Positions 47,440 through 59,381 of a stretch of DNA of 64,000 bases are shown here, in pieces. The notes under the pieces are model-generated. The model ran no database searches. It was not told the origin of the DNA and saw only the letters and a list, made by a program, of their open reading frames with translations. A program made the position numbers and the translations under genes. Each line of letters opens with the position of its first letter. Positions within the stretch are counted from its first letter, which is position 1. Origin of the DNA: Eledone cirrhosa (taxonomy: Eukaryota); NCBI GenBank assembly GCA_964016885.1, contig OZ024753.1, positions 22,630,001-22,694,000 on the forward strand, written 5' to 3'.

Positions 47440-48489
47440 ACTAGTGCCGGCAGTATTAAATACCCTAAGCAGACTCTCAACTCCATAGTCTATAATATCT
47501 CACATAGAATCTCCGCCAATGAGGATATCTTCAACCAAGCGGCAGATTACTACAATAGGGTCTTGATAAGCGCCGGCTTTAACCGCATACCTATAACCGA
47601 TCACGCGGCGACCCCGTTGAAGTCGGAGATAATAGAATAGATAATCGCACTAAATATCATGACCCCAGCGACGGTGACCACTGTAGATTACTCGAACTAT
47701 TCCCCTACTACAAAACCAACAAAGGCGACGGCCTACTACCAACGCCTTCCAACCAACATCTTCCTGTACATAAACATGAAGAGGGAAGAAGAGTGCACCC
47801 GAGCATAAAGTGAAAGGGGCACCTAACGGGCTACAGCGCATTAACATACATAAGAGCGGTCACCTAGATGGAACCACCCGTAGCAAACGTACAAGGACAC
47901 GTAATCGCCACCGTAACGTCCTATGGTTCCACCCCCCTACTCTCGGAGTGTGGCCTCCAACATACCCCGGATATTTTTCGAAGCCTTAGAGAAGAACTTC
48001 CCTCCCAACCATAGGTATAGAAAAATTCTTAATAGGAACAATATAAAACTATCCTTCTCTACTACTCCTAACCTAGCAGACATCATAGGAACAACGAACC
48101 ACAGTAAGATCACCAAGACAGAGCACCTCGACACAGACGCACCTACACCTGACAATAACTATATCGGCCTTAACAACTCCCTAGCAGCATCCAATAGTGC
48201 TGGCAACGGCATCCGCAGACGCAACCAGCATAACCGCGAAATGACTGGGGAACATGCAGAACATGACGTGCGGAATAACAATCGCACCACCCCGCATGCT
48301 GTGGGTTGTAATGGTGCTAACGACAGCTGCGGGAGCGTAGGTAACAACGTAGGCAGCAACAATGATAGCCTTACCGTGGGAAATAGATGGAACCGCGACA
48401 AAAATTGCAACTGCCACGTCAGAGGACGCTGTCCCCTTAGAGGATACTGCTTGACTGATAGGGTTATATATAGATGCACTGTATTATGA
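47440..48489 (+). pseudogene. Decayed PLE thumb/linker fragment ending at the start of the endonuclease
   Basis: RIS...FNQAADYYN..L..AG, PPPYS..V.SNIPR.FF...KNFPPNH.Y, IKLSFSTTPN, CNCHVRGRCPLRGYC. Confidence 0.8.
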
Positions 48490-48611
48490 TTTGCTTAAAT
48501 AATGTATATATATATATATATTTATATATATGCATATATATATATATGCATATATATATATATGCATATATATGTTTTGAAAATTGTAAACTTGACTGTC
48601 ACCACAGAATG

Positions 48612-48650
48612 TGAACCTGAAGATTGCGAAAGCATGAAAGTACTTGTCCA
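48612..48650 (+). ncRNA. Minimal hammerhead in a solo pLTR (48568-48805; same family as 63686-63915)
   Basis: tgaac CTGAAGA t tgc gaaa gca t GAAA gtac TT gtcca (one stem I mismatch). Confidence 0.68.
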
Positions 48651-48971
48651 ATTAACACTTAACATTTAATATTCTACCATACTATTTCATTATAATATCA
48701 TTATAATTTTAAAGGATTGTAAATATAACGAGTAAATCAGACAAAGTTGGTATTCCTTTTATTAATATAATCTTCTATACACAATCAAATACACCCGTGT
48801 ATATTTATGTTTATATATATCTATATCTATGTTTATATATATATATATATGCATATATATATATATATATATATGCATATATATATATATATGCATATAA
48901 ATATATATATGCACACATATATATGTATATGCATATATATATATATATATAAATATATATATATATATGCA

Positions 48972-49005
<34 letters not shown>

Positions 49006-49121
49006 TATATATATATATATATGCATATATATATATGCATATATATATGTATATATATATATATATATGCATATACATATATATATGTGCATATATATAT
49101 TTATATGCATATATATATATA

Positions 49122-49888
49122 CAGCAACACACCCCGTACTACAAGAAAAAAGATTATGTGACCTGAAAAAATTCCTTAAAAAACAAAAATACCCGATGAA
49201 ACTCATCAACGCAGCCATCTCCAAAGCTAAGAACATCCCAATAACAACACTGAGAAAACCAAACCCACAACATAAAAAAGAAAACCCTGCTATCTCTTTT
49301 GTCATCACTCACAACCCAGGGAACATCAACATTGTGAAAACTGCTAAGCAGTATCTCCCGATTCTACAGCAATCTACCAAAATGAATGCACTCTTAAAAA
49401 ACACACAGATAATTTATAGCAAACGCCAAGCACCCAACCGTAAAAAACTAATTACCAAGGCAAAATTTACGACCAACATGGAATCAATGCAAGTGACGGA
49501 ATGCGGGGACCCTAGATGTGGAACCTGTGAACTCATCGAAGAGGGCAAACAGCTGTCCTTAAAAAACCATGATAATTTCAAGGTCAATGCAAACATGAAC
49601 TGCAAAACGAAAAACCTAATATATTGCGCAACATGTCCACAGTGTAAAGAGTATTACATTGGGGAAACCGGAACGGGATTACATGATAGAGTCCGGGTAC
49701 ATAAACAACAAATTAAAGACCCCACAGTCAGAAATACCACATGTAGCGCACACTTTGCATCATGTGGGAAGGGAAAATTCACAATCTTCCCTTTCTTCAA
49801 GATATGGTCGGATAACGAACATTTCCGCAGATATAAAGAAGAATTCTTCATTGAAAAATTTAAACCACTACTGAACACGAAAAAATGA
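49122..49888 (+). pseudogene. 5'-truncated PLE linker plus GIY-YIG endonuclease (Neptune-like, CCHH type)
   Basis: [52 protein letters not shown]; the ORF track's N-terminus is microsatellite. Confidence 0.85.
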
Positions 49889-50179
49889 ATTAACACTCGG
49901 AGGTAAAATTCCATTTTACTACCCCCCCCCCCCTCTTCTTATGTGTACACATGAATATCTGAGTGAACGGTGAGACACACACATATATGTGTGTAGGTAT
50001 GTATGGATGTATGTACGTGTGGGTATATATGTATGTGTGTGTGTGTATGTGTGTGTGTATATATATGTATGGATGTGTGTATATTTGTGTGTGTGTATAT
50101 ATATATATATATATGTGTGTGTATGTGTGTATATATATGTATATGTATATGTATGTATGTGTATGTTTGTATATATATA

Positions 50180-50211
<32 letters not shown>

Positions 50212-50387
50212 GATAATTTAATATATCAACTAACATAAGCGCACAGATGCACGCCCATGCCAGCAAATACACAGGTTATGTCATAGTACCTAGGTGGTTC
50301 AATGCAGGAGAATGCAGAACAATAATATAAAGGACGTAAAATAAGAAAATATTTTTTTTTTAAAAATTTAAAAAAAATTTTTTTCTT

Positions 50388-50497
50388 ACTTAAATTTTCA
50401 CTCCAACTAATTAGTTTCTGCAATGGGATAAAGACAGTTACGTAATCCAACTGTCGAGAATTCATTGCGTCATCAGGAAGTCTATTCTCAGTTAAGT
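50388..50497 (-). ncRNA. Type I hammerhead, array copy
   Basis: Reverse complement of 52950-53059. Confidence 0.8.
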
Positions 50498-50945
50498 CTC
50501 CAGGCAATGCGCGGACACTGGCGGCTCATATAAAAATAATAATAATTCGGTAGATCGAACAGCTTGCGAGGACTGGATTCTATGTACCGAAATTCTCACT
50601 GCTTCAAGTCAAATGGCCGATTCTAAAGAATCAATCACGTGACACAGAGGCTAGTTAGAAGGAATGGGATGGTAAGATGACTGACGCCTACTAACACCCC
50701 AAAAAAAATTTTTTTAGAAGTGGTTTTGACAAGTTTGCTCGACAAATCAGTGATTTGGAGATAAATATAGATAATTTAATATATCAACTAACATAAGCGC
50801 ACAGATGCACGCCCATGCCAGCAAATACACAGGTTATGTCATAGTACCTAGGTGGTTCAATGCAGGAGAATGCAGAACAATAATATAAAGGACGTAAAAT
50901 AAGAAAATATTTTTTTTTTAAAAATTTAAAAAAAATTTTTTTCTT

Positions 50946-51055
50946 ACTTAAATTTTCACTCCAACTAATTAGTTTCTGCAATGGGATAAAGACAGTTACG
51001 TAATCCAACTGTCGAGAATTCATTGCGTCATCAGGAAGTCTATTCTCAGTTAAGT
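50946..51055 (-). ncRNA. Type I hammerhead, array copy
   Basis: Reverse complement of 52950-53059. Confidence 0.8.
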
Positions 51056-51506
51056 CTCCAGGCAATGCGCGGACACTGGCGGCTCATATAAAAATAATAA
51101 TAATTCGGTAGATCGAACAGCTTGCGAGGACTGGATTCTATGTACCGAAATTCTCACTGCTTCAAGTCAAATGGCCGATTCTAAAGAATCAATCACGTGA
51201 CACAGAGGCTAGTTAGAAGGAATGGGATGGTAAGATGACTGACGCCTACTAACACCCCAAAAAAAATTTTTTTAGAAGTGGTTTTGACAAGTTTGCTCGA
51301 CAAATCAGTGATTTGGAGATAAATATAGATAATTTAATATATCAACTAACATAAGCGCACAGATGCACGCCCATGCCAGCAAATACACAGGTTATGTCAT
51401 AGTACCTAGGTGGTTCAATGCAGGAGAATGCAGAACAATAATATAAAGGACGTAAAATAAGAAAATATTTTTTTTTTTTTTTAAATTTAAAAAAAAATTT
51501 TTTCTT

Positions 51507-51616
51507 ACTTAAATTTTCACTCCAACTAATTAGTTTCTGCAATGGGATAAAGACAGTTACGTAATCCAACTGTCGAGAATTCATTGCGTCATCAGGAAGT
51601 CTATTCTCAGTTAAGT
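51507..51616 (-). ncRNA. Type I hammerhead, array copy
   Basis: Reverse complement of 52950-53059. Confidence 0.8.
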
Positions 51617-52063
51617 CTCCAGGCAATGCGCGGACACTGGCGGCTCATATAAAAATAATAATAATTCGGTAGATCGAACAGCTTGCGAGGACTGGATTCT
51701 ATGTACCGAAATTCTCACTGCTTCAAGTCAAATGGCCGATTCTAAAGAATCAATCACGTGACACAGAGGCTAGTTAGAAGGAATGGGATGGTAAGATGAC
51801 TGACGCCTACTAACACCCCAAAAAAAATTTTTTTAGAAGTGGTTTTGACAAGTTTGCTCGACAAATCAGTGATTTGGAGATAAATATAGATAATTTAATA
51901 TATCAACTAACATAAGCGCACAGATGCACGCCCATGCCAGCAAATACACAGGTTATGTCATAGTACCTAGGTGGTTCAATGCAGGAGAATGCAGAACAAT
52001 AATATAAAGGACGTAAAATAAGAAAATATTTTTTTTTTTAAATTTAAAAAAAATTTTTTTCTT

Positions 52064-52173
52064 ACTTAAATTTTCACTCCAACTAATTAGTTTCTGCAAT
52101 GGGATAAAGACAGTTACGTAATCCAACTGTCGAGAATTCATTGCGTCATCAGGAAGTCTATTCTCAGTTAAGT
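52064..52173 (-). ncRNA. Type I hammerhead, array copy
   Basis: Reverse complement of 52950-53059. Confidence 0.8.
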
Positions 52174-52623
52174 CTCCAGGCAATGCGCGGACACTGGCGG
52201 CTCATATAAAAATAATAATAATTCGGTAGATCGAACAGCTTGCGAGGACTGGATTCTATGTACCGAAATTCTCACTGCTTCAAGTCAAATGGCCGATTCT
52301 AAAGAATCAATCACGTGACACAGAGGCTAGTTAGAAGGAATGGGATGGTAAGATGACTGACGCCTACTAACACCCCAAAAAAAATTTTTTTAGAAGTGGT
52401 TTTGACAAGTTTGCTCGACAAATCAGTGATTTGGAGATAAATATAGATAATTTAATATATCAACTAACATAAGCGCACAGATGCACGCCCATGCCAGCAA
52501 ATACACAGGTTATGTCATAGTACCTAGGTGGTTCAATGCAGGAGAATGCAGAACAATAATATAAAGGACGTAAAATAAGAAAATATTTTTTTTTTTTTTT
52601 AAATTTTTAAAAAAAATTTTTTT

Positions 52624-52733
52624 ACTTAAATTTTCACTCCAACTAATTAGTTTCTGCAATGGGATAAAGACAGTTACGTAATCCAACTGTCGAGAATTCA
52701 TTGCGTCATCAGGAAGTCTATTCTCAGTTAAGT
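52624..52733 (-). ncRNA. Type I hammerhead, array copy
   Basis: Reverse complement of 52950-53059. Confidence 0.8.
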
Positions 52734-52949
52734 CTCCAGGCAATGCGCGGACACTGGCGGCTCATATAAAAATAATAATAATTCGGTAGATCGAACAGCT
52801 TGCGAGGACTGGATTCTATGTACCGAAATTCTCACTGCTTCAAGTCAAATGGCCGATTCTAAAGAATCAATCACGTGACACAGAGGCTAGTTAGAAGGAA
52901 TGGGATGGTAAGATAACTGACGCCTACTAACACCGCGCATTGCCTGGAG

Positions 52950-53059
52950 ACTTAACTGAGAATAGACTTCCTGATGACGCAATGAATTCTCGACAGTTGG
53001 ATTACGTAACTGTCTTTATCCCATTGCAGAAACTAATTAGTTGGAGTGAAAATTTAAGT
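52950..53059 (+). ncRNA. Type I hammerhead, array copy (reference)
   Basis: Stem I acttaa/ttaagt plus acttc/ggagt; CTGATGA 52971; stem II gcaatg/cattgc enclosing gacagtt/aactgtc; GAAA 53029; palindrome aactaattagtt; predicted GUU cleavage after 53042. Confidence 0.82.
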
Positions 53060-53510
53060 AAGAAAAAATTTTTTTTTAAATTTAAAAAAAAAAAAAAATA
53101 TTTTCTTATTTTACGTCCTTTATATTATTGTTCTGCATTCTCCTGCATTGAACCACCTAGGTACTATGACATAACCTGTGTATTTGCTGGCATGGGCGTG
53201 CATCTGTGCGCTTATGTTAGTTGATATATTAAATTATCTATATTTATCTCCAAATCACTGATTTGTCGAGCAAACTTGTCAAAACCACTTCTAAAAAAAT
53301 TTTTTTTGGGGTGTTAGTAGGCGTCAGTCATCTTACCATCCCATTCCTTCTAACTAGCCTCTGTGTCACGTGATTGATTCTTTAGAATCGGCCATTTGAC
53401 TTGAAGCAGTGAGAATTTCGGTACATAGAATCCAGTCCTCGCAAGCTGTTCGATCTACCGAATTATTATTATTTTTATATGAGCCGCCAGTGTCCGCGCA
53501 TTGCCTGGAG

Positions 53511-53620
53511 ACTTAACTGAGAATAGACTTCCTGATGACGCAATGAATTCTCGACAGTTGGATTACGTAACTGTCTTTATCCCATTGCAGAAACTAATTA
53601 GTTGGAGTGAAAATTTAAGT
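53511..53620 (+). ncRNA. Type I hammerhead, array copy
   Basis: Same sequence as 52950-53059. Confidence 0.8.
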
Positions 53621-54067
53621 AAGAAAAAAATTTTTTTTAAATTTTAAAAAAAAAATATTTTCTTATTTTACGTCCTTTATATTATTGTTCTGCATTCTCC
53701 TGCATTGAACCACCTAGGTACTATGACATAACCTGTGTATTTGCTGGCATGGGCGTGCATCTGTGCGCTTATGTTAGTTGATATATTAAATTATCTATAT
53801 TTATCTCCAAATCACTGATTTGTCGAGCAAACTTGTCAAAACCACTTCTAAAAAAATTTTTTTTGGGGTGTTAGTAGGCGTCAGTCATCTTACCATCCCA
53901 TTCCTTCTAACTAGCCTCTGTGTCACGTGATTGATTCTTTAGAATCGGCCATTTGACTTGAAGCAGTGAGAATTTCGGTACATAGAATCCAGTCCTCGCA
54001 AGCTGTTCGATCTACCGAATTATTATTATTTTTATATGAGCCGCCAGTGTCCGCGCATTGCCTGGAG

Positions 54068-54177
54068 ACTTAACTGAGAATAGACTTCCTGATGACGCAA
54101 TGAATTCTCGACAGTTGGATTACGTAACTGTCTTTATCCCATTGCAGAAACTAATTAGTTGGAGTGAAAATTTAAGT
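54068..54177 (+). ncRNA. Type I hammerhead, array copy
   Basis: Same sequence as 52950-53059. Confidence 0.8.
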
Positions 54178-54627
54178 AAGAAAAAAATTTTTTTTAAATT
54201 TAAAAAAAAAAAAAATATTTTCTTATTTTACGTCCTTTATATTATTGTTCTGCATTCTCCTGCATTGAACCACCTAGGTACTATGACATAACCTGTGTAT
54301 TTGCTGGCATGGGCGTGCATCTGTGCGCTTATGTTAGTTGATATATTAAATTATCTATATTTATCTCCAAATCACTGATTTGTCGAGCAAACTTGTCAAA
54401 ACCACTTCTAAAAAAATTTTTTTTGGGGTGTTAGTAGGCGTCAGTCATCTTACCATCCCATTCCTTCTAACTAGCCTCTGTGTCACGTGATTGATTCTTT
54501 AGAATCGGCCATTTGACTTGAAGCAGTGAGAATTTCGGTACATAGAATCCAGTCCTCGCAAGCTGTTCGATCTACCGAATTATTATTATTTTTATATGAG
54601 CCGCCAGTGTCCGCGCATTGCCTGGAG

Positions 54628-54737
54628 ACTTAACTGAGAATAGACTTCCTGATGACGCAATGAATTCTCGACAGTTGGATTACGTAACTGTCTTTATCCC
54701 ATTGCAGAAACTAATTAGTTGGAGTGAAAATTTAAGT
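54628..54737 (+). ncRNA. Type I hammerhead, array copy
   Basis: Same sequence as 52950-53059. Confidence 0.8.
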
Positions 54738-55187
54738 AAAAAAATTTTTTTTAAAAATTTAAAAAAAAAAAAAAATATTTTCTTATTTTACGTCCTTTAT
54801 ATTATTGTTCTGCATTCTCCTGCATTGAACCACCTAGGTACTATGACATAACCTGTGTATTTGCTGGCATGGGCGTGCATCTGTGCGCTTATGTTAGTTG
54901 ATATATTAAATTATCTATATTTATCTCCAAATCACTGATTTGTCGAGCAAACTTGTCAAAACCACTTCTAAAAAAATTTTTTTTGGGGTGTTAGTAGGCG
55001 TCAGTCATCTTACCATCCCATTCCTTCTAACTAGCCTCTGTGTCACGTGATTGATTCTTTAGAATCGGCCATTTGACTTGAAGCAGTGAGAATTTCGGTA
55101 CATAGAATCCAGTCCTCGCAAGCTGTTCGATCTACCGAATTATTATTATTTTTATATGAGCCGCCAGTGTCCGCGCATTGCCTGGAG

Positions 55188-55297
55188 ACTTAACTGAGAA
55201 TAGACTTCCTGATGACGCAATGAATTCTCGACAGTTGGATTACGTAACTGTCTTTATCCCATTGCAGAAACTAATTAGTTGGAGTGAAAATTTAAGT
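55188..55297 (+). ncRNA. Type I hammerhead, array copy
   Basis: Same sequence as 52950-53059. Confidence 0.8.
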
Positions 55298-55608
55298 AAG
55301 AAAAAAATTTTTTTTAAATTTTAAAAAAAAAAATATTTTCTTATTTTACGTCCTTTATATATATATATATAGAGAGATATATGTTATATGTGTGAGTATG
55401 TATATGTATGTATCTATATATATGTGTGTGTGTGTATGTATGTGCATATATGTATATATGTGTGTACATATGTGTATGTTTCTGTATGAGTATATGTATG
55501 TATGTATGTAGATGTATGTATATATATGTATATGTATGTATATATGTGTCTTTGTGTGCTTGTGTGTACACATATATATATATATGTATGTGTGTATGTA
55601 TGTGTGTG

Positions 55609-56021
<413 letters not shown>

Positions 56022-56194
56022 ATGTATGTGTATATATGTATGTGTGTATGTATGTACTTGTATGTGTATGTGTATGTGTATGTATGTATATATATGTATA
56101 TATATATGTGTATATATATATAGGTATATATATATATGTGTATATGTATGTATATGTGTGTATGTGTCTGTATGTGTTTATGTGTACATATATG

Positions 56195-56248
<54 letters not shown>

Positions 56249-56251
<3 letters not shown>

Positions 56252-59200
56252 CTTTTATTTGCCACTAGGGCATCAAAAGTGGGACAAGTACAAAGGGGGG
56301 AGTTTACACAAAAAGGCGTCCTCAATAAGGAGGAGGCAATAACAAAATATAAAAATAAAATAAGATATAACAAAAAATAAAATTTTTAACAAAATCCTCA
56401 ATAGAGAGGAGGCGCCTTGGGGGGTCGCACACACCCCCGAAAAAAGTGTGCAACCCTTCTCCTCAGGAGCACAGAGAAGGGGTGCTCCCTTGGTCTTTCA
56501 TCTTCCTCACCTATAGTCTGATGTAGAGTGAAGGCCCATTCACACGGGCCATTCTCGCCACTTTCACCCATCTTTCATAGAAACGGCTGGGGTGCAGCAC
56601 CTCTCTCTCCATCCTGCTCCTTCTTCCGAAATGATATCGGAAGAAACGGACCAGTTGTTGGCCAGAGAGAAAGGTGCCCGACCTCAGTCCTTTCAGACGC
56701 GTCCACCATACAACCTCTTTCGCCATGGCTATTACGCACAGAAACACCGCCTCTGCTTCATCTTTGAAGGGGGGAGGCGGCTTGATCATTACAATAGACT
56801 CGGTGGTCAACCGGATCGGTCCCACCCTTGACAGCAGTTGTTCGACATAGCCCCACAGATCGGCTACGCCCGAGCAGTGTACTAATGCGTGTGCAACGGT
56901 TTCCTCGTCGCACACGCATCTGGGACAGATCTTTTTGGCGGGGTCCCTACCCGGGCGCCCGTGTCTGTAGAGCCTTTCTCGAACGGGTAAAGCCCCTCGG
57001 TAGCACTGCCAGGCCAGGGACTTCTGGAAGTTGTCCATAGGTCCCGGGCTGAATGTCCTACCGAACAGGCTGGCCAGTTCGTCCTCCTCCATGTCTAGGG
57101 CTTCTCCGAGGGCGTCGTTGCACCTGCTGCGTACCAGCCCTCTATAGAATGTTGCGGTGGAGTCTCCACTGATAACCGGATCCGCCTGCCAGAGGGCGGT
57201 GAGCGCCTGGGCACACTCAGTGTGCCAGGCGCCCAGTTTTCTCGGTCTTTGCTTGACCCAGGATTGCAGCTCGGTGAGTGAGACGAGTCTGGGAAAGGTT
57301 CGTCTCACAAACGAGGCCCACACCGGTTGTCCGGTGAGGAATACGTAGAGGTGCCGTAGCCTTAATGCGTGTTTACGCATCATTAGCCACGGCATCCCCA
57401 GCCCTCCTTTCGAAGGGTGTTGACAGCAGATGGATCTCCTCACCATAGGAGCCCGCCTCTTCCAAAGGAATTGGAAGAGCGCGCGCTCCATCTTGGTGAG
57501 GGTTTCCCTTGGGCAGGGCACTACGGTCAGGCGGTAGTAGATGACGGACGCTATGTAGGTGTTCGCCACCTCCGCCCGACCTTTCAGGGATAGTTTGCAA
57601 CTGGCCCACTTCTGGGTCAGTGCAAACACCCTGTTCGTAACCTCCGCCCAGTTTTTCTCCACCTGGAGGTCCGGTCCGAACCAGACCCCGAGCAACTTCA
57701 CCGGGCCCTCCGTCCAGCGTCCGACGACGCCATCGGAGGGCATCGGTCTGCCCCTCCACGTGCCGAGTTGCAAACCGATCGACTTGTCCCGGTTCAGCTT
57801 AGCCCCTGTGAACTTTTCGTACTCCTCCAGTAAGGTGCCGACCGCCTCGATTTCGGAGGCCGTCGACACCATTACTGTCACGTCATCGGCGTAGGCCGAC
57901 ACCGCTTTCCGCAATCCCGGTTCCAAAGGGATGCCCTGCAACAACTCCAACTTCCGCAGTAGTGGCTCGAGAGTCAACACATACAGAAGGGAGGAGAGAG
58001 GGCACCCTTGTCGGATGGACCGCGCGATTTTGAACGGCTCCGAGAGGTAGCCGTTCACCTTGACCCTAGAGCAGATGCGGCTGCTGTGCATAGCAGTGAT
58101 CCAGCCCCTGAAAACGGGTCCGAAGCCTGCCGCCGCTAGCACCGCATCCAGGTAACCATGGTCGACCCTATCGAACGCCTTAGATTGATCCAAGTTGATC
58201 AGAGCCCCACCAAAGCCGGGTTCGTTCCCAACCCTCTCTATGATGTATCGCATGAGGTGGAGGTTGTCATGGATGGACCTGGACGGGATAGCGCATGTCT
58301 GCGCATCTCCCACCAGGTTGCCCACGACAAGCGCCAACCTCTTTGCTAGCACCTTGGCCAAAATCTGTAACTCTGTATTTAGCAGAGTTATGGGCCTGAA
58401 GTTACTTATTTCGTCCCCCTTGTTCTCGTCCTTCCTCACTAGCGTGACTACGCCCTTGGTCACAGTACAGGGAATTCTCCCGTTCTGTTGCCAGTTGCAG
58501 TAGACCGCCTCGAGGAGATCGGGGAACAAGTCCGGCATAGCTAGATATAATTCGTAAGGAAGACCATCGAGACCCGGGGATTTGCGTTTGCCGCATTGGC
58601 TCAGCACGTCCTCTATCTCAGCGGCCGAAATCGGCTCCTCGCAGGACTTCGCCTCCCTGTCCGAGAGGCGCGGCAGGCCGTCGAGGTATGGACCGAAGTC
58701 CACGTTCCCAACCGGCTCCCCGCCCCTCCCGAACAGTCGGGCAAAGTGCCTTTGAAAGGCCTCACACATCTGCTTAGGCTCAAGAATCGCCCGTCCATCC
58801 AGGTCTCGCAAAGACCGGATGGTGGATTTAGTTCCACTGTTGGCCTCTGTCACGCGGGCCCAGCTAACAGCTTTGGTCCCCTCGTTCCCTAGAGCACGTA
58901 TTTTACTTCGGACAACGCAGCCTTCGTGCTTCGCGTCGAAAAACTGGCTCAAAGCCGTTCTCGACGCTAGCACTCTGGCCACGTCGCCGCTTCTAATTGC
59001 CTCTTCTACTCTATCTATTAGCTCCCTTTCCTTCCTATTCCTATCCGCAGCTAGAACCTTACTAAATTCTATCGAGACTACTCTAATCTCTCTCTTTAGA
59101 GATACCCACCACCTGCTGTTGACGATCGCTCCAGTCAACCGTTCCTTAACTAACGTACTAATCCGATTCCTGTAGGCTCTACTTGCCGGCAAGGACAAGT

Positions 59201-59381
59201 TGAGCTTCCAGTAACCGGGGCCCTGTCTATGAGTTCTGTCAAGGTTGACCATGCAGGTCACTAATTTGTGGTCTGAATAGCCAACCATGCGCATTTTTGG
59301 ACAACTTAAAAAGTCCTTATCCTTAATTCTAACTAAGAACCTATCTAGGTACGACCTAGATGATCCGCTACGATTTGCCCA

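Larger units (their letters stand above)
50207..52934 (-). repeat. Tandem array of a ~558-bp hammerhead-bearing unit, ~4.9 copies
   Basis: Marker agataatttaat at 50211, 50769, 51327, 51888, 52445; copies differ almost only in one A/T homopolymer block. Confidence 0.97.
52933..55360 (+). repeat. Tandem array of the same unit in opposite orientation, ~4.3 copies
   Basis: Marker ccgcgcattg at 52933, 53494, 54051, 54611, 55171; ends in (TA)n. Confidence 0.97.

Noticed and set aside
50555-50605. Possible opposite-polarity hammerhead in the array unit (cag CTTGCGA ggac...gtacc GAAA ttc tca ctg)
   Set aside because: Lacks essential G5 and A6 and has no proper stem III; probably chance, so no ambisense ribozyme pair is claimed
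50226-54851. Repeated 76-94-aa ORF MPGDLTENRLPDDAMNS... in the array
   Set aside because: TTG start, no recognisable domain, frame broken differently in the copies by homopolymer length changes, and it overlaps the ribozyme; conservation reflects recent duplication
57373-59175. Overlapping and antisense ORFs within the Tx1 element
   Set aside because: Expected by chance in GC-rich coding sequence; no independent motifs
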